The notes under the pieces: model-generated
Seen by the model: only the letters and a program-made list of their open reading frames with translations
Told to the model about the DNA's origin: nothing
The model's database searches: none
Origin: Candidatus Hodarchaeota archaeon
GTDB taxonomy: Archaea; Asgardarchaeota; Lokiarchaeia; Sigyniarchaeales; SOKP01
Direction: 5' to 3'
Length of the DNA: 64,000 bases
Assembly: GCA_048886685.1 (NCBI GenBank)
Contig: JBHLKM010000010.1
Location: forward strand, 23,946 to 87,945
Part shown: positions 48,048 to 57,289 of the stretch, piece by piece
Layout: every line of letters starts with the position of its first letter
Position numbering within the stretch: position 1 is the first letter of the stretch
Made by a program: the position numbers and the translations under genes

Positions 48048-48617
48048 TTATTTAAGTTTAAATTCTAGATGAATTAAATTAGAGGTTTTTTCTTCCATTT
48101 TTGTTGTATATTCTAATTCAAAATATTCAGATAAAAGAGATTTATAAAATTTTGAGAAAAAATTTGAATAAACCTCATCCATCTCATGTAATCCCCTAAA
48201 AATAAAAGAATTTTCCCGAACTTGAATATCAAGGGTATTGAACCATTTTAATCCATTTTTACCGAAAAAATTAATTAAAAAAGCTGTATATGACTTAAAG
48301 GTATCTTCATTCATTGGTTTCGCCGTTGAGAATTTCATAATATCGGAAAATAGATCAGCAAAATCTTTTGCTATAATATCTAAAGATAAGTCGTCTAATT
48401 TGGATAGAATTTTGGAAAAAATTGACTTAGAAATCATAATCATTTCGTTAGTTTGATTCAACAATTCTAGATTAAGCCATTGTTCAATTGCATCTTTTGC
48501 AACTAGCCCCCGTGTCTTATTCTCTTGTTTAGCAATTAGTTCCAATTTATTTATTATTTCTTCTGAAAGCCTAAATCCGAGAAAATTGCTTTTTTTTTTG
48601 GGAGGTTTTTTCGTCAT
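48048..48617 (-). CDS. ribbon-helix-helix (CopG/MetJ-like) regulator with C-terminal domain
   Basis: FLGFRLSEEIINKLELIAKQENKTRGLVAKDAIEQWL. Confidence 0.8.
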   Translation of the reverse strand: MTKKPPKKKSNFLGFRLSEEIINKLELIAKQENKTRGLVAKDAIEQWLNLELLNQTNEMIMISKSIFSKILSKLDDLSLDIIAKDFADLFSDIMKFSTAKPMNEDTFKSYTAFLINFFGKNGLKWFNTLDIQVRENSFIFRGLHEMDEVYSNFFSKFYKSLLSEYFELEYTTKMEEKTSNLIHLEFKLK

Positions 48618-48668
48618 ATTAAGTTGTAGTTTATTATTTTAGTAAGACTCATCTTTTTATATCTAATA

Positions 48669-48744
48669 ATGATATCAAAGTATATAAAGTTGTCGGATCG
48701 ATTTATTGTTATCAAATGAAAACATTTAAATACTATGATATCAT
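48669..48744. promoter_or_regulatory. three TG(A/T)TATCA boxes in a divergent promoter region
   Basis: TGATATCA at 48670 and 48736 (palindromic) and TGTTATCA at 48707. Confidence 0.5.
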
Positions 48745-48789
48745 TATGGAATTATAAAAATCAACTACTAAAATAAAGGAGAAAAAGAA

Positions 48790-48966
48790 ATGAAAGGAGA
48801 CCCCAAAACAAAGAAGAAGAAATATGATTATGAATATGATGATTACAATGATGAAGATGAGGAAGAGAATTTAGATGATGTTTATGAGGAAGAAGATAAC
48901 TGGGATTATGAGGAGGAAGATGAGGAGGAAGAAGAATTAGAGGTTTACGATGAAATTTACAGTTAG
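48790..48966 (+). CDS. unannotated 58-aa highly acidic, Tyr-rich microprotein
   Basis: AAGGAG SD at 48776-48781. Translates as MKGDPKTKKKKYDYEYDDYNDEDEEENLDDVYEEEDNWDYEEEDEEEEELEVYDEIYS*. Confidence 0.8.
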   Translation: MKGDPKTKKKKYDYEYDDYNDEDEEENLDDVYEEEDNWDYEEEDEEEEELEVYDEIYS

Positions 48967-49037
48967 TCTAAATAAATTAGTAAATAGATATACTTTTTTA
49001 AAAAAAAAAGTTAGATCTAAAAAAAAAATAAAATGAG

Positions 49038-49703
49038 TTGATATATATGGAAGATACCAAAAGTATTGAAAAATTAGCTGAAGAAAATTCGAATCTAGCA
49101 AAGATGGAAAAAGATTCAGGAAGCGAACTGAAAACCTTAGCTAAACAAGTACTAAAAAGGGCTAAGGCTAGGGAGATGCTCGCTAAGAATGAAATAGAAT
49201 TAGCAAAAATACGAGAGAGATTAGCTGAGAAGACTAAGAAATTAGTTGAAAGGAAAGAAAAAGTAAAAAATCTTTTAAAATTTGGAGAGGAAATTTTAAA
49301 ATCAGAGAAAGCTCAAGCGATTTATAATGAAAAAGTTGCAGAAATTCAAACAAAGATTGCACAAACTCAGGAAAAGATTGCGAATGTTGAAACTGAAATA
49401 GCCGAAGTAAAAGTAAAACTTGCTAACAAAAAGGTTGATGAAGCTAAAGAAAGAGGGAATCTAGCAAATAAACAATTAGCTTATGTAAAATTAGTAAATA
49501 CTAAGGCTCCTGATGAAAAAATTTCTAAAGCAGAGGAAGCATATCTTAAGGTTCAGAAAGGTTTAAATAAACTTGAAACTGAAGCAATGGAAATAAATAA
49601 AAATATAGTTGAAAAACAGGATAAATTAGCTGATCTTAAGAAAGAGCTCTCAGAAAAATTAGCTCAGCGTGAAAAAGTCAGACCTACAGAAATGACTTCC
49701 TAA
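49038..49703 (+). CDS. all-helical coiled-coil protein, paralog 3
   Basis: Closely similar to 42423..43067. The likely start is the ATG at 49047. Confidence 0.85.
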   Translation: MIYMEDTKSIEKLAEENSNLAKMEKDSGSELKTLAKQVLKRAKAREMLAKNEIELAKIRERLAEKTKKLVERKEKVKNLLKFGEEILKSEKAQAIYNEKVAEIQTKIAQTQEKIANVETEIAEVKVKLANKKVDEAKERGNLANKQLAYVKLVNTKAPDEKISKAEEAYLKVQKGLNKLETEAMEINKNIVEKQDKLADLKKELSEKLAQREKVRPTEMTS

Positions 49704-49820
49704 AAAACAATTTAAATAAGAAAACTAAGCCACTTTTTTTTTTAAATCTTTAATTTGAAATAATATCAAATAAGGACAGGATTTGGAAGAAGTATTGTTA
49801 ATATAATTGAAAATAAAAAG

Positions 49821-50033
49821 GTGGATCAACTTATAATGGTAAATTCCTTAATGTTTTTAATTTTACTTTCAATAGGGCTATTGATGTCTTCTTATATCAT
49901 AGGTATCATAGGAATTATCATAAATTTGAAAAAAAAACCATATCAATACTTCATATTCATTATTTTCATCAGCATTACTACGATTTTATTAATTCCTATA
50001 ATATTTGGATTAATCGAAGATTTAAATATATAA
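49821..50033 (+). CDS. small 2-TM membrane protein
   Basis: Two hydrophobic stretches separated by KKKP. Confidence 0.5.
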   Translation: MDQLIMVNSLMFLILLSIGLLMSSYIIGIIGIIINLKKKPYQYFIFIIFISITTILLIPIIFGLIEDLNI

Positions 50034-50053
50034 TTTTTGTAATTTAAATAAAC

Positions 50054-50671
50054 CTATTTATGGCTTTTATGTATTTTTTCTTTTAATTGTTCGATTTCGA
50101 TATCTCTTTTTTCTATTTCATGGTTTAAATCTCCGCATTCAAGATCTAGATCATCTAATTTTTTAGTAATCTCTTTTATATCACCTTCAATTGTTCCTTC
50201 ATCAATTTCTTTTAATTCTTTACCAAATTTTTCAATTTTTTCTTTTTTTTCATGTAGTAATTCTTTTAAATGTTTAACTTCTTCTTCTTTTGCTATTATC
50301 TCTTGTATTATCAGTTCTCCTTCATCCATATCGATTAATTCTTCAATTCTGGTCATATATCTTTTTATTGCAGTCAATTTTAATTCTTTTTCTTCTTCTT
50401 TCTTGAAAAATAACGCAATATTACTATCTTCGCCAAGTTTCAAAATAATAATAGACATATCATCAGTTTCAAAAATTATTTTATTGTAATCTTCAAAAGT
50501 GAAATTGCAAATTTCATAAAGTCTTCTTATATGATTCAAGACTTCTGCTAAATTTTCACCCAATTTCGGTATATTAATATCTTGTTCAAATGTAGTTTGA
50601 AAAATAGTGCCATTATTATAAAACATAACAACATGTTTGACTTCAGGTAATGCTGCTTTTATTCGTTGCAC
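50054..50671 (-). CDS. roadblock/LC7-like domain fused to an acidic coiled coil
   Basis: VKHVVMFYNNGTIF, a helix, then KIIFETDDMSIIILKLGEDSNIALFF fits the roadblock pattern. The C-terminus is E/K-rich heptads. Confidence 0.65.
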   Translation of the reverse strand: MQRIKAALPEVKHVVMFYNNGTIFQTTFEQDINIPKLGENLAEVLNHIRRLYEICNFTFEDYNKIIFETDDMSIIILKLGEDSNIALFFKKEEEKELKLTAIKRYMTRIEELIDMDEGELIIQEIIAKEEEVKHLKELLHEKKEKIEKFGKELKEIDEGTIEGDIKEITKKLDDLDLECGDLNHEIEKRDIEIEQLKEKIHKSHK

Positions 50672-50693
50672 ATTTTTGAATACTATCTCTTGA

Positions 50694-52139
50694 TCACCTT
50701 ATTATGAGTTCTCTTAATTTATCACTAATAACATAAATATGAGATTTGATCTTTTTTGATCCAAATTTATTTAAAAAATATATTGCAACTAGAACTAAAC
50801 CTATAATCACTATAATAATAATCCCAATTTGAAAGTAAAAAATTAAAGAATAGTATAGTGAAAGAATAACTAATTGATAATTTGTTGTAATAAATCCTAA
50901 TTTGAAAAAGGATTTAAAAGTTATAGGACGCTTGTTCTGTTCAGCAATATTAACCACAAGAATATTATCACCAAGAGGAGTTAAATTATCCCCCCAATTA
51001 GCTCCAAATGCAAGACTGTAAAAGATTTGTTTTTTATTAATCAACGAAGCTGTTTCTGTCATAGTATCCGCGACTGGAATTAAAACCTTAGTGATTGGTA
51101 TATTATCAATACAACTACTTAAATAAGCTGAAAACCAAAGAATTAAGAAAAGTTGGAAAAAGAGATTAGTTCCTCCAATATTTTGTACAAAAATCCCTAT
51201 AACCTCAGTTGCCCCTGTCACCTCAAGACCTCCAACAATTATAAAAATCCCCAAAAGATAGAAAATCAACTCAAAATCTATTTTGTTTATAATATCTTTT
51301 GGTTCTAATCTAGTTATAATGATCAAAATAATAGCAATAATTAAAGCAATTATATCCGGAGAAAGAAGTGAAGAAGGAACGATTGTGAGTAATACCAATA
51401 AAACTATCAAAGATACTAATGACTGATATAAAAGCCTTTTATTTTGAACAACATTCCATACGTCAAATTCTTTTAATGCTTTTTGCCCCTCTTCTGGTAT
51501 TACTAACTCTCTTTTATAAATTAGAATGAAAAATAAGAGAGTAAATAAGAAAATTATAAAAGAAATTAATCCAACATTAATGAAGAATTCTATAAATTCT
51601 ATTCTTGCTGATGTTGTGATTAAAATATTTGGAATTGAAGAAATTGAAAAAATTGTACCACCTATATTTACTAATATTGCTTGAGTAAGAATATAGGGGG
51701 AAGGATTTATATTTAAAATTCTTGAAACTGTAATAGTAAGTGGAATTATAATGATAACTGTTAAAATATTGTTTAAAATTGCTGAAATGAGCACTGTTAC
51801 GCAACAAAATATAATCATTAAACGAATAGGTTTTCCTTTTGAGAGTTTAATTAGTTTTCCAGCAATAAATTGAAATGTGCCTGCTTCATGTGAGATTTGT
51901 ACAATCATCATCATTCCTATAATTAGAATTATGGAATGTAAATTTACAAAATCATCATCCTTAGAACTAAATAGAAGATCGACAATTATAGAAAAATCTA
52001 AATCTTCAAGAAAAATTAAAACAAAATAGGTGATAATTGCCCCTAATAATGATGCGATTGCTCTATTCATCTTTTCTGTTATAATAAAAAAAATAACTCC
52101 GATAAAACTTGAAAGTATTATGATAACACTTAGCAACAT
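50694..52139 (-). CDS. ArsB/NhaD/SLC13 (IT superfamily) permease
   Basis: Many TM helices with SAILNN, NIGG...IPN, IDNIP and GANWGDNLTPLG motifs. Confidence 0.88.
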   Translation of the reverse strand: MLLSVIIILSSFIGVIFFIITEKMNRAIASLLGAIITYFVLIFLEDLDFSIIVDLLFSSKDDDFVNLHSIILIIGMMMIVQISHEAGTFQFIAGKLIKLSKGKPIRLMIIFCCVTVLISAILNNILTVIIIIPLTITVSRILNINPSPYILTQAILVNIGGTIFSISSIPNILITTSARIEFIEFFINVGLISFIIFLFTLLFFILIYKRELVIPEEGQKALKEFDVWNVVQNKRLLYQSLVSLIVLLVLLTIVPSSLLSPDIIALIIAIILIIITRLEPKDIINKIDFELIFYLLGIFIIVGGLEVTGATEVIGIFVQNIGGTNLFFQLFLILWFSAYLSSCIDNIPITKVLIPVADTMTETASLINKKQIFYSLAFGANWGDNLTPLGDNILVVNIAEQNKRPITFKSFFKLGFITTNYQLVILSLYYSLIFYFQIGIIIIVIIGLVLVAIYFLNKFGSKKIKSHIYVISDKLRELIIR

Positions 52140-52431
52140 TTTTTTGATGTTCTTGTTTCAATTTCTGTTATTTTGAAATGATAATTAAAATTAAATGATA
52201 TGGTAATAAAAAATATTACTTATAATTCACTTTGCACTATAATAGATGAGAAAAGGCACCTACTCCTAAATACAAATTGGGAGAAAAAAATAATTTCACA
52301 CAAAAAGATAGTTTTATTTTTCATTGTTTGAGATGTGGAGCTGACCATTATCTAAAAGTTAAGTATTAAATTAATATAAAGTAAAAATTTCTAGGGAAAA
52401 AATTTAATAAGACTGTTTTTAAAACAAGAAT

Positions 52432-52752
52432 ATGGATGGTAAAGTTAATGAATACATAGAAAAGCAGAAATCTCCTCAAAAAGAGATTTGTCAGAAATTA
52501 AGAGAAATCATATTGAGTACATTCCCAAATATTATAGAAGAAATGAAATATGGTGTTCCATATTATGCAGATAAGTATTACATCGTTGCCTTAAAGACAC
52601 ATGTCAATTTGGGTTTCTCAATTAAGGGATTAACAAAAGAAGAGATAGAACTTTTTGAAGGGAGTGGTAAAACAACGAAGCACATTAAAATCAAGGCCCT
52701 TGAGAATATTGATGAAAAAAAGATTGTAAAGCTATTAAAAATGATAAAATAA
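52432..52752 (+). CDS. DUF1801/YdhG-like protein
   Basis: V.EYI...LREII....P...EEMKYGVPYY...KTHVNLGF...EGSGKTTKHIKI. Confidence 0.85.
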   Translation: MDGKVNEYIEKQKSPQKEICQKLREIILSTFPNIIEEMKYGVPYYADKYYIVALKTHVNLGFSIKGLTKEEIELFEGSGKTTKHIKIKALENIDEKKIVKLLKMIK

Positions 52753-52756
52753 TGAT

Positions 52757-54532
52757 TTAAAACAATTTAGAAAATGCACCTAATCCTATTACGTTTGAGA
52801 CTACTGCAGAGAAGAACAATTGAATAATCACAAAGGAACTTACTAATACAGCGCTAAAGGTTCTGGTATGCTCATAAATGATTGTATTACCGACCGTAAC
52901 TATTAGGAAAATAATAAAAGTAAATAATACAGAAGGTAAATACGAGTAGCTTCTGGCTAGCGTCATTAATGTGATATATATTATAAAAGCAGTGATGACT
53001 GTTATCTTTGCTATAGTTTTTTCAGATTTTACAAAATTGAGGAGAGGATATAGAATTTTTCTGAATAAAATTTCTATTGAGAAATAAATTGGAAAAATTG
53101 CTATAGAAATGAAAATATTTGTGATACTAGATGGCCACATAAAAGCAAATGGGTAGTAAAAGGAAAATAATAAATATACTAAAAGAAAATACAAAGCACA
53201 TATAGTCGTATAGACAAGTACATTCATATTAAATTCCTGCTTTATTATGTCCTTTAGATGCTTTCTACTAAATTTAATTTCCTGCCTCCATAGATGTATA
53301 ATGTATGCAACAAATTTTATTAACAAGAAGACACTACTAAAAACTAGAGATGCATAAAAAATCCCTATTAATCCGAAAAGATAACTAAAATATAACCAAT
53401 TTAATATGAAGAGCATAGAGTATATTATAATTTGAAGAATTTTAATGGAATTAACAACTTTTTTTTTAATTTTTTTCCCTATAGGTAACGGTTCTTCAAC
53501 TTTCTCAATATTTTGATTATCAATTGAACTAGTTAATCGAAAGAATTTAGCCGAATAGGATATTAAAAGGAATATTATTGCGATAAGTAAACCTAAGTTC
53601 AAAAATATTAGTACGTAATTCCACATAAACGTAATACTAATCTTTCCATTAATCATTTCGGAGCCAAAAAATGTTAACTCAAACCATTTGATTGAATCTT
53701 TTAGTACTTTATCAGAGAATAATTGGTGAGCTCCTCCGAGTAATGGTTTTGTTATATTTATAAGAGTACAATTTGTCAAACTTTTAGCTTTTACTGCATC
53801 TTGGTAATCCAAGACTTCATCTTTAGTATGCATTATTATTAACAGGTGTTCACTATTAGTGCTATTCAATAAATTAAGAGGAATGAATTCTTCATAACCT
53901 TGCCATTCAAGTCCAAAACGAGGTGGTGTGAAATTTAATAATGGTGCCCAAGCAACAGTCGCCTTAAATTCTGGATTCAATGCTTGATTCATAAGAACAA
54001 CCATGCCACCAAGTGAATGACCAATCAATCCGACCTGAGATTCATTTACATTCGAGTAAAAGGATAATGTTTTCAATTTTTCTAATAGTTTTGTACAATC
54101 TTGAGCAAGAGCAGGGGTATTGGTGGATACATCAATATTATTAATATTGCCTCCACTTTCACCATGTCCTTGATAATCCAAAGCTGCCACATAAAATCCT
54201 CGTTTAGTGAATTCTATAGGTACTCTGAGATCAAAATCCCGCTTGCTCCCAATGCCATGGCAGTAAATAATTAGTGGCTTTCCTTCCTGAAATGGTAAAT
54301 TTTTATTAGGATAATACAGATTCGCATAAAGAGTTGCTCCTGCTGAACGGAATTGAACTCTATCGTATTTTTTATAGCTTATAGATTTATTCACTTCTAA
54401 AGCTATGAGTGTAAAAACCAAGACAATTATTAATAAGATAATTTTCTCGAGATAGATAAGATCTTTACTATCAACTTTTTCATAAAAAAAATTGCTAAGT
54501 TTTCGTTTTAACTTCTCTTTTATATTAGCCAT
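52757..54532 (-). CDS. membrane-bound alpha/beta hydrolase
   Basis: HGIG, DYQGHGESGG and GHSLGG nucleophile elbow, with a multi-TM C-terminal region. Confidence 0.88.
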   Translation of the reverse strand: MANIKEKLKRKLSNFFYEKVDSKDLIYLEKIILLIIVLVFTLIALEVNKSISYKKYDRVQFRSAGATLYANLYYPNKNLPFQEGKPLIIYCHGIGSKRDFDLRVPIEFTKRGFYVAALDYQGHGESGGNINNIDVSTNTPALAQDCTKLLEKLKTLSFYSNVNESQVGLIGHSLGGMVVLMNQALNPEFKATVAWAPLLNFTPPRFGLEWQGYEEFIPLNLLNSTNSEHLLIIMHTKDEVLDYQDAVKAKSLTNCTLINITKPLLGGAHQLFSDKVLKDSIKWFELTFFGSEMINGKISITFMWNYVLIFLNLGLLIAIIFLLISYSAKFFRLTSSIDNQNIEKVEEPLPIGKKIKKKVVNSIKILQIIIYSMLFILNWLYFSYLFGLIGIFYASLVFSSVFLLIKFVAYIIHLWRQEIKFSRKHLKDIIKQEFNMNVLVYTTICALYFLLVYLLFSFYYPFAFMWPSSITNIFISIAIFPIYFSIEILFRKILYPLLNFVKSEKTIAKITVITAFIIYITLMTLARSYSYLPSVLFTFIIFLIVTVGNTIIYEHTRTFSAVLVSSFVIIQLFFSAVVSNVIGLGAFSKLF

Positions 54533-54717
54533 TAGTTATTTTAATTTTATTTAATATATATCAAAAATAAATTTTAGCTTATTATAATGCTTTTTCATTA
54601 TACCTTATGTTGTTAAAGCGTTGATTTAAATCTAAAAAACTTTAAATAAGTCTGAGAATAAAATCCTAATATTAAAGAAATTTTCTAGTAATACTATGAG
54701 AAAAGGTAGTAATAATC

Positions 54718-55437
54718 ATGGAAGAAATGAGAACAAAAGATTCGGCATATGTTTACATATATGAACATATTTGGAAAGTATTAAGTGGTGCTGCTGTTTT
54801 AATAGTTCTTGGTTTAATTTTACCTGCAGGTTTTTCAGATTTGGGTCCTCTAAGTGATACTTACATGTGGATTTTTGGATTTTGGTTTTCAACATCAGAT
54901 TTTGTATCTCCCTCAGCCGGTTGGCCTAGTGATTTTTATGTAGAACCCCATGATGCAGCGTTAATGACTGGGGGAATAGTTGCTGTAATTTTATTGATTT
55001 TTGCATTAATAATCATTTCTACAGCATCTAGAACAGCAAAATATGAGGGAGTTGACAAGGTGGCTGCGGGAACTGGTTTAATCGGTGGGATTTTGGCTAT
55101 TATTGGTCCAGCTTTTTATTACTATTATTTAGACTCTGAAATAGTTGAGATGGGCGTGAGTGTTCATTGGATGACTTTTGACCCAAGTTTTGGATTTTAT
55201 CTTCCAATCTTAGGTGGTGTTTTAGGTATTTTAAGTGCTATTGCAATAGGTTATGCTTATACATTAGAAACTAAGAGGAAACCCGAAGACACAATTCCTT
55301 CTAAACCAACTCCCGATAAAATTGCAATGGATAAAGAACTGGAGGTAATTAATCAACAAGAAGTTCCTAAATTTTGTAAGAATTGTGGTACAAAATTGGT
55401 TGGGGAATATTGTCAAGAATGCGGTCAAAAAGCCTAG
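54718..55437 (+). CDS. 4-TM membrane protein with C-terminal zinc ribbon
   Basis: Four hydrophobic segments, then CKNCG...CQECG. Confidence 0.85.
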   Translation: MEEMRTKDSAYVYIYEHIWKVLSGAAVLIVLGLILPAGFSDLGPLSDTYMWIFGFWFSTSDFVSPSAGWPSDFYVEPHDAALMTGGIVAVILLIFALIIISTASRTAKYEGVDKVAAGTGLIGGILAIIGPAFYYYYLDSEIVEMGVSVHWMTFDPSFGFYLPILGGVLGILSAIAIGYAYTLETKRKPEDTIPSKPTPDKIAMDKELEVINQQEVPKFCKNCGTKLVGEYCQECGQKA

Positions 55438-55499
55438 TTCTTGGCGGTCTTGGAAAGCCAAAATTTAATGTTATCAGAGTATTGATTAAAAGTTAAGAT

Positions 55500-57104
55500 T
55501 CAAATTATAGGAATAGAAAAGCTAAAAGTGCTTCCTTTATTCTTTCCTTCTGATTCTACCCAAATTTTCCCACCATGTAATTCTAAAATCTTTTTTGAAT
55601 TATATAGCCCAAGTCCAACACCATCAGTACCAATATCCCATCCTTTACCATATCTCTCAATTTTTCCAAATTGTGTGAATAATTTCTGTTTTTCTTCTTT
55701 TGTTAAACCAATTCCATCATCTTCTATAGATATTACGATGTCGTTATCTTTTATATCAGAATAGATCTTGATTTGACCTTTTTTTGGAGTATAATTGACA
55801 GCGTTGAGTAATAGGCTTGATATAACTTTATGGATCTTACTTTCATCAAATTTGGTTAATAATTTATCGTTTAAATTGAGAATTACTGAATGATTTCTCA
55901 TCTTTATAACTTCATTTAACTCTTCTAGAGTGTGCTCTATAAGAGAGGTTAAATCTCCTTCTTTAAGATTCAGTTTAATTTTGTTCTTTTCTAAACTTGA
56001 ACTTTCTAAGAGTTCATTGATGAGGTTTTCTAAACGTTCACTACCATTCATTATTGCTTTTAAGTAATCAAGTATATTTTCATCTAGATTTTCTTTATAA
56101 GTTCTTAATAATAAATCAGCATATCCTTTCACTGGTATTAATGGAGTTTTTAGCTCGTGTGATATACGATATAGTAATTCTGATTTCAAATTATTTATTT
56201 CTTTCAATTTGAGGTTTAACAGTTTCAGACTTTGCTCTAATTCTTTTTTCATAGCATTGTCTACAAATGGTTCCTCTAAATTAATTAGTTTTCCATTTTG
56301 GCTTTCAGCCGTTCTATATGGAGAAATAAATTTAGTTAAAGTGAAAACAGCAGGTTTACCCATAAAATAAAAACTCTTTCCGTAAGAATGAACCCATATT
56401 TTTGTTCCATTTTTATGATAAATCGGGTAAGTAATATCTAATGTTTCTTTAGATCCTCTTTCTATTTCTTGATAATTTAATTTTATTAATGTTCGGTATT
56501 CAACAGGAATCAAATCTAATACATTATAAACAGTCATGTTCATTAAATCTAAAAAAGAATGTCCTATTATGTCTGATAGATGGTGATTTACATATTTTAT
56601 TCTATTATCTTGAAAAATAGAAATTCCAAGTAAAGGGTTTTCATCTAAGAGTTGATCAAAGTCTAGATCAAATTTCATATCTTTACGATCATCTTTCTCC
56701 GTTTTATAACTTAATTCGATGATTTCTGTGTAATCTTGCATAGTTAATAGAATTGCTAATCTATCTCGATATTCAATTGCTTTCAACCATAATTTTACCC
56801 ATTTAATTCTTCCAGATTTTGAAATTAATCTGCAATTTAAGAATGTTGTTGCGTTCTTCCCTTGGTTTAAAGTAGAATTAAGATTTTCCTTTAAATGTTT
56901 CAAATCCTCAGGATGAGCGTCGTTAAAGAAGCCATATCTTTTCATAATTAATATATCATTAATAGGAGATTCAAGTATATTGGCTAATCCTTTATTAGCA
57001 TATATATTATACCCATCTTGAATTAATAAAACACCGATCAAATCATTATCTGAGGATATCATTTCGATTCCTTTAAAAATGAGATATGTGCTTTCTTTAT
57101 CCAC
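55500..57104 (-). CDS. PAS-domain sensor histidine kinase
   Basis: Two PAS/PAC repeats (HPED, SGRIKWV, NGTKIWV), SHELKTPL H-box, NAVNYT, DDGIG and GVGLGL. Confidence 0.95.
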   Translation of the reverse strand: MDKESTYLIFKGIEMISSDNDLIGVLLIQDGYNIYANKGLANILESPINDILIMKRYGFFNDAHPEDLKHLKENLNSTLNQGKNATTFLNCRLISKSGRIKWVKLWLKAIEYRDRLAILLTMQDYTEIIELSYKTEKDDRKDMKFDLDFDQLLDENPLLGISIFQDNRIKYVNHHLSDIIGHSFLDLMNMTVYNVLDLIPVEYRTLIKLNYQEIERGSKETLDITYPIYHKNGTKIWVHSYGKSFYFMGKPAVFTLTKFISPYRTAESQNGKLINLEEPFVDNAMKKELEQSLKLLNLKLKEINNLKSELLYRISHELKTPLIPVKGYADLLLRTYKENLDENILDYLKAIMNGSERLENLINELLESSSLEKNKIKLNLKEGDLTSLIEHTLEELNEVIKMRNHSVILNLNDKLLTKFDESKIHKVISSLLLNAVNYTPKKGQIKIYSDIKDNDIVISIEDDGIGLTKEEKQKLFTQFGKIERYGKGWDIGTDGVGLGLYNSKKILELHGGKIWVESEGKNKGSTFSFSIPII

Positions 57105-57289
57105 TCTCTTATCCCCATGAATTTGTTATAATAATTTAGAAATAGTACCCCAAAATATAGGGAAAATATACAATAATTAATTATTATGTGTAAAAAATAG
57201 TGACAAAAACTTATGAATAATAGTTTTTTTATAACATTTCGTTCGATAAGAACAAAAATAAAAATCTAGGAATTACACCCTGAAATGTT

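Noticed and set aside
57241-57253. GTTC-N5-GAAC palindrome resembling the dyad in the 31-bp element
   Set aside because: The match is short, has no adjacent conserved TATA context, and could be chance.
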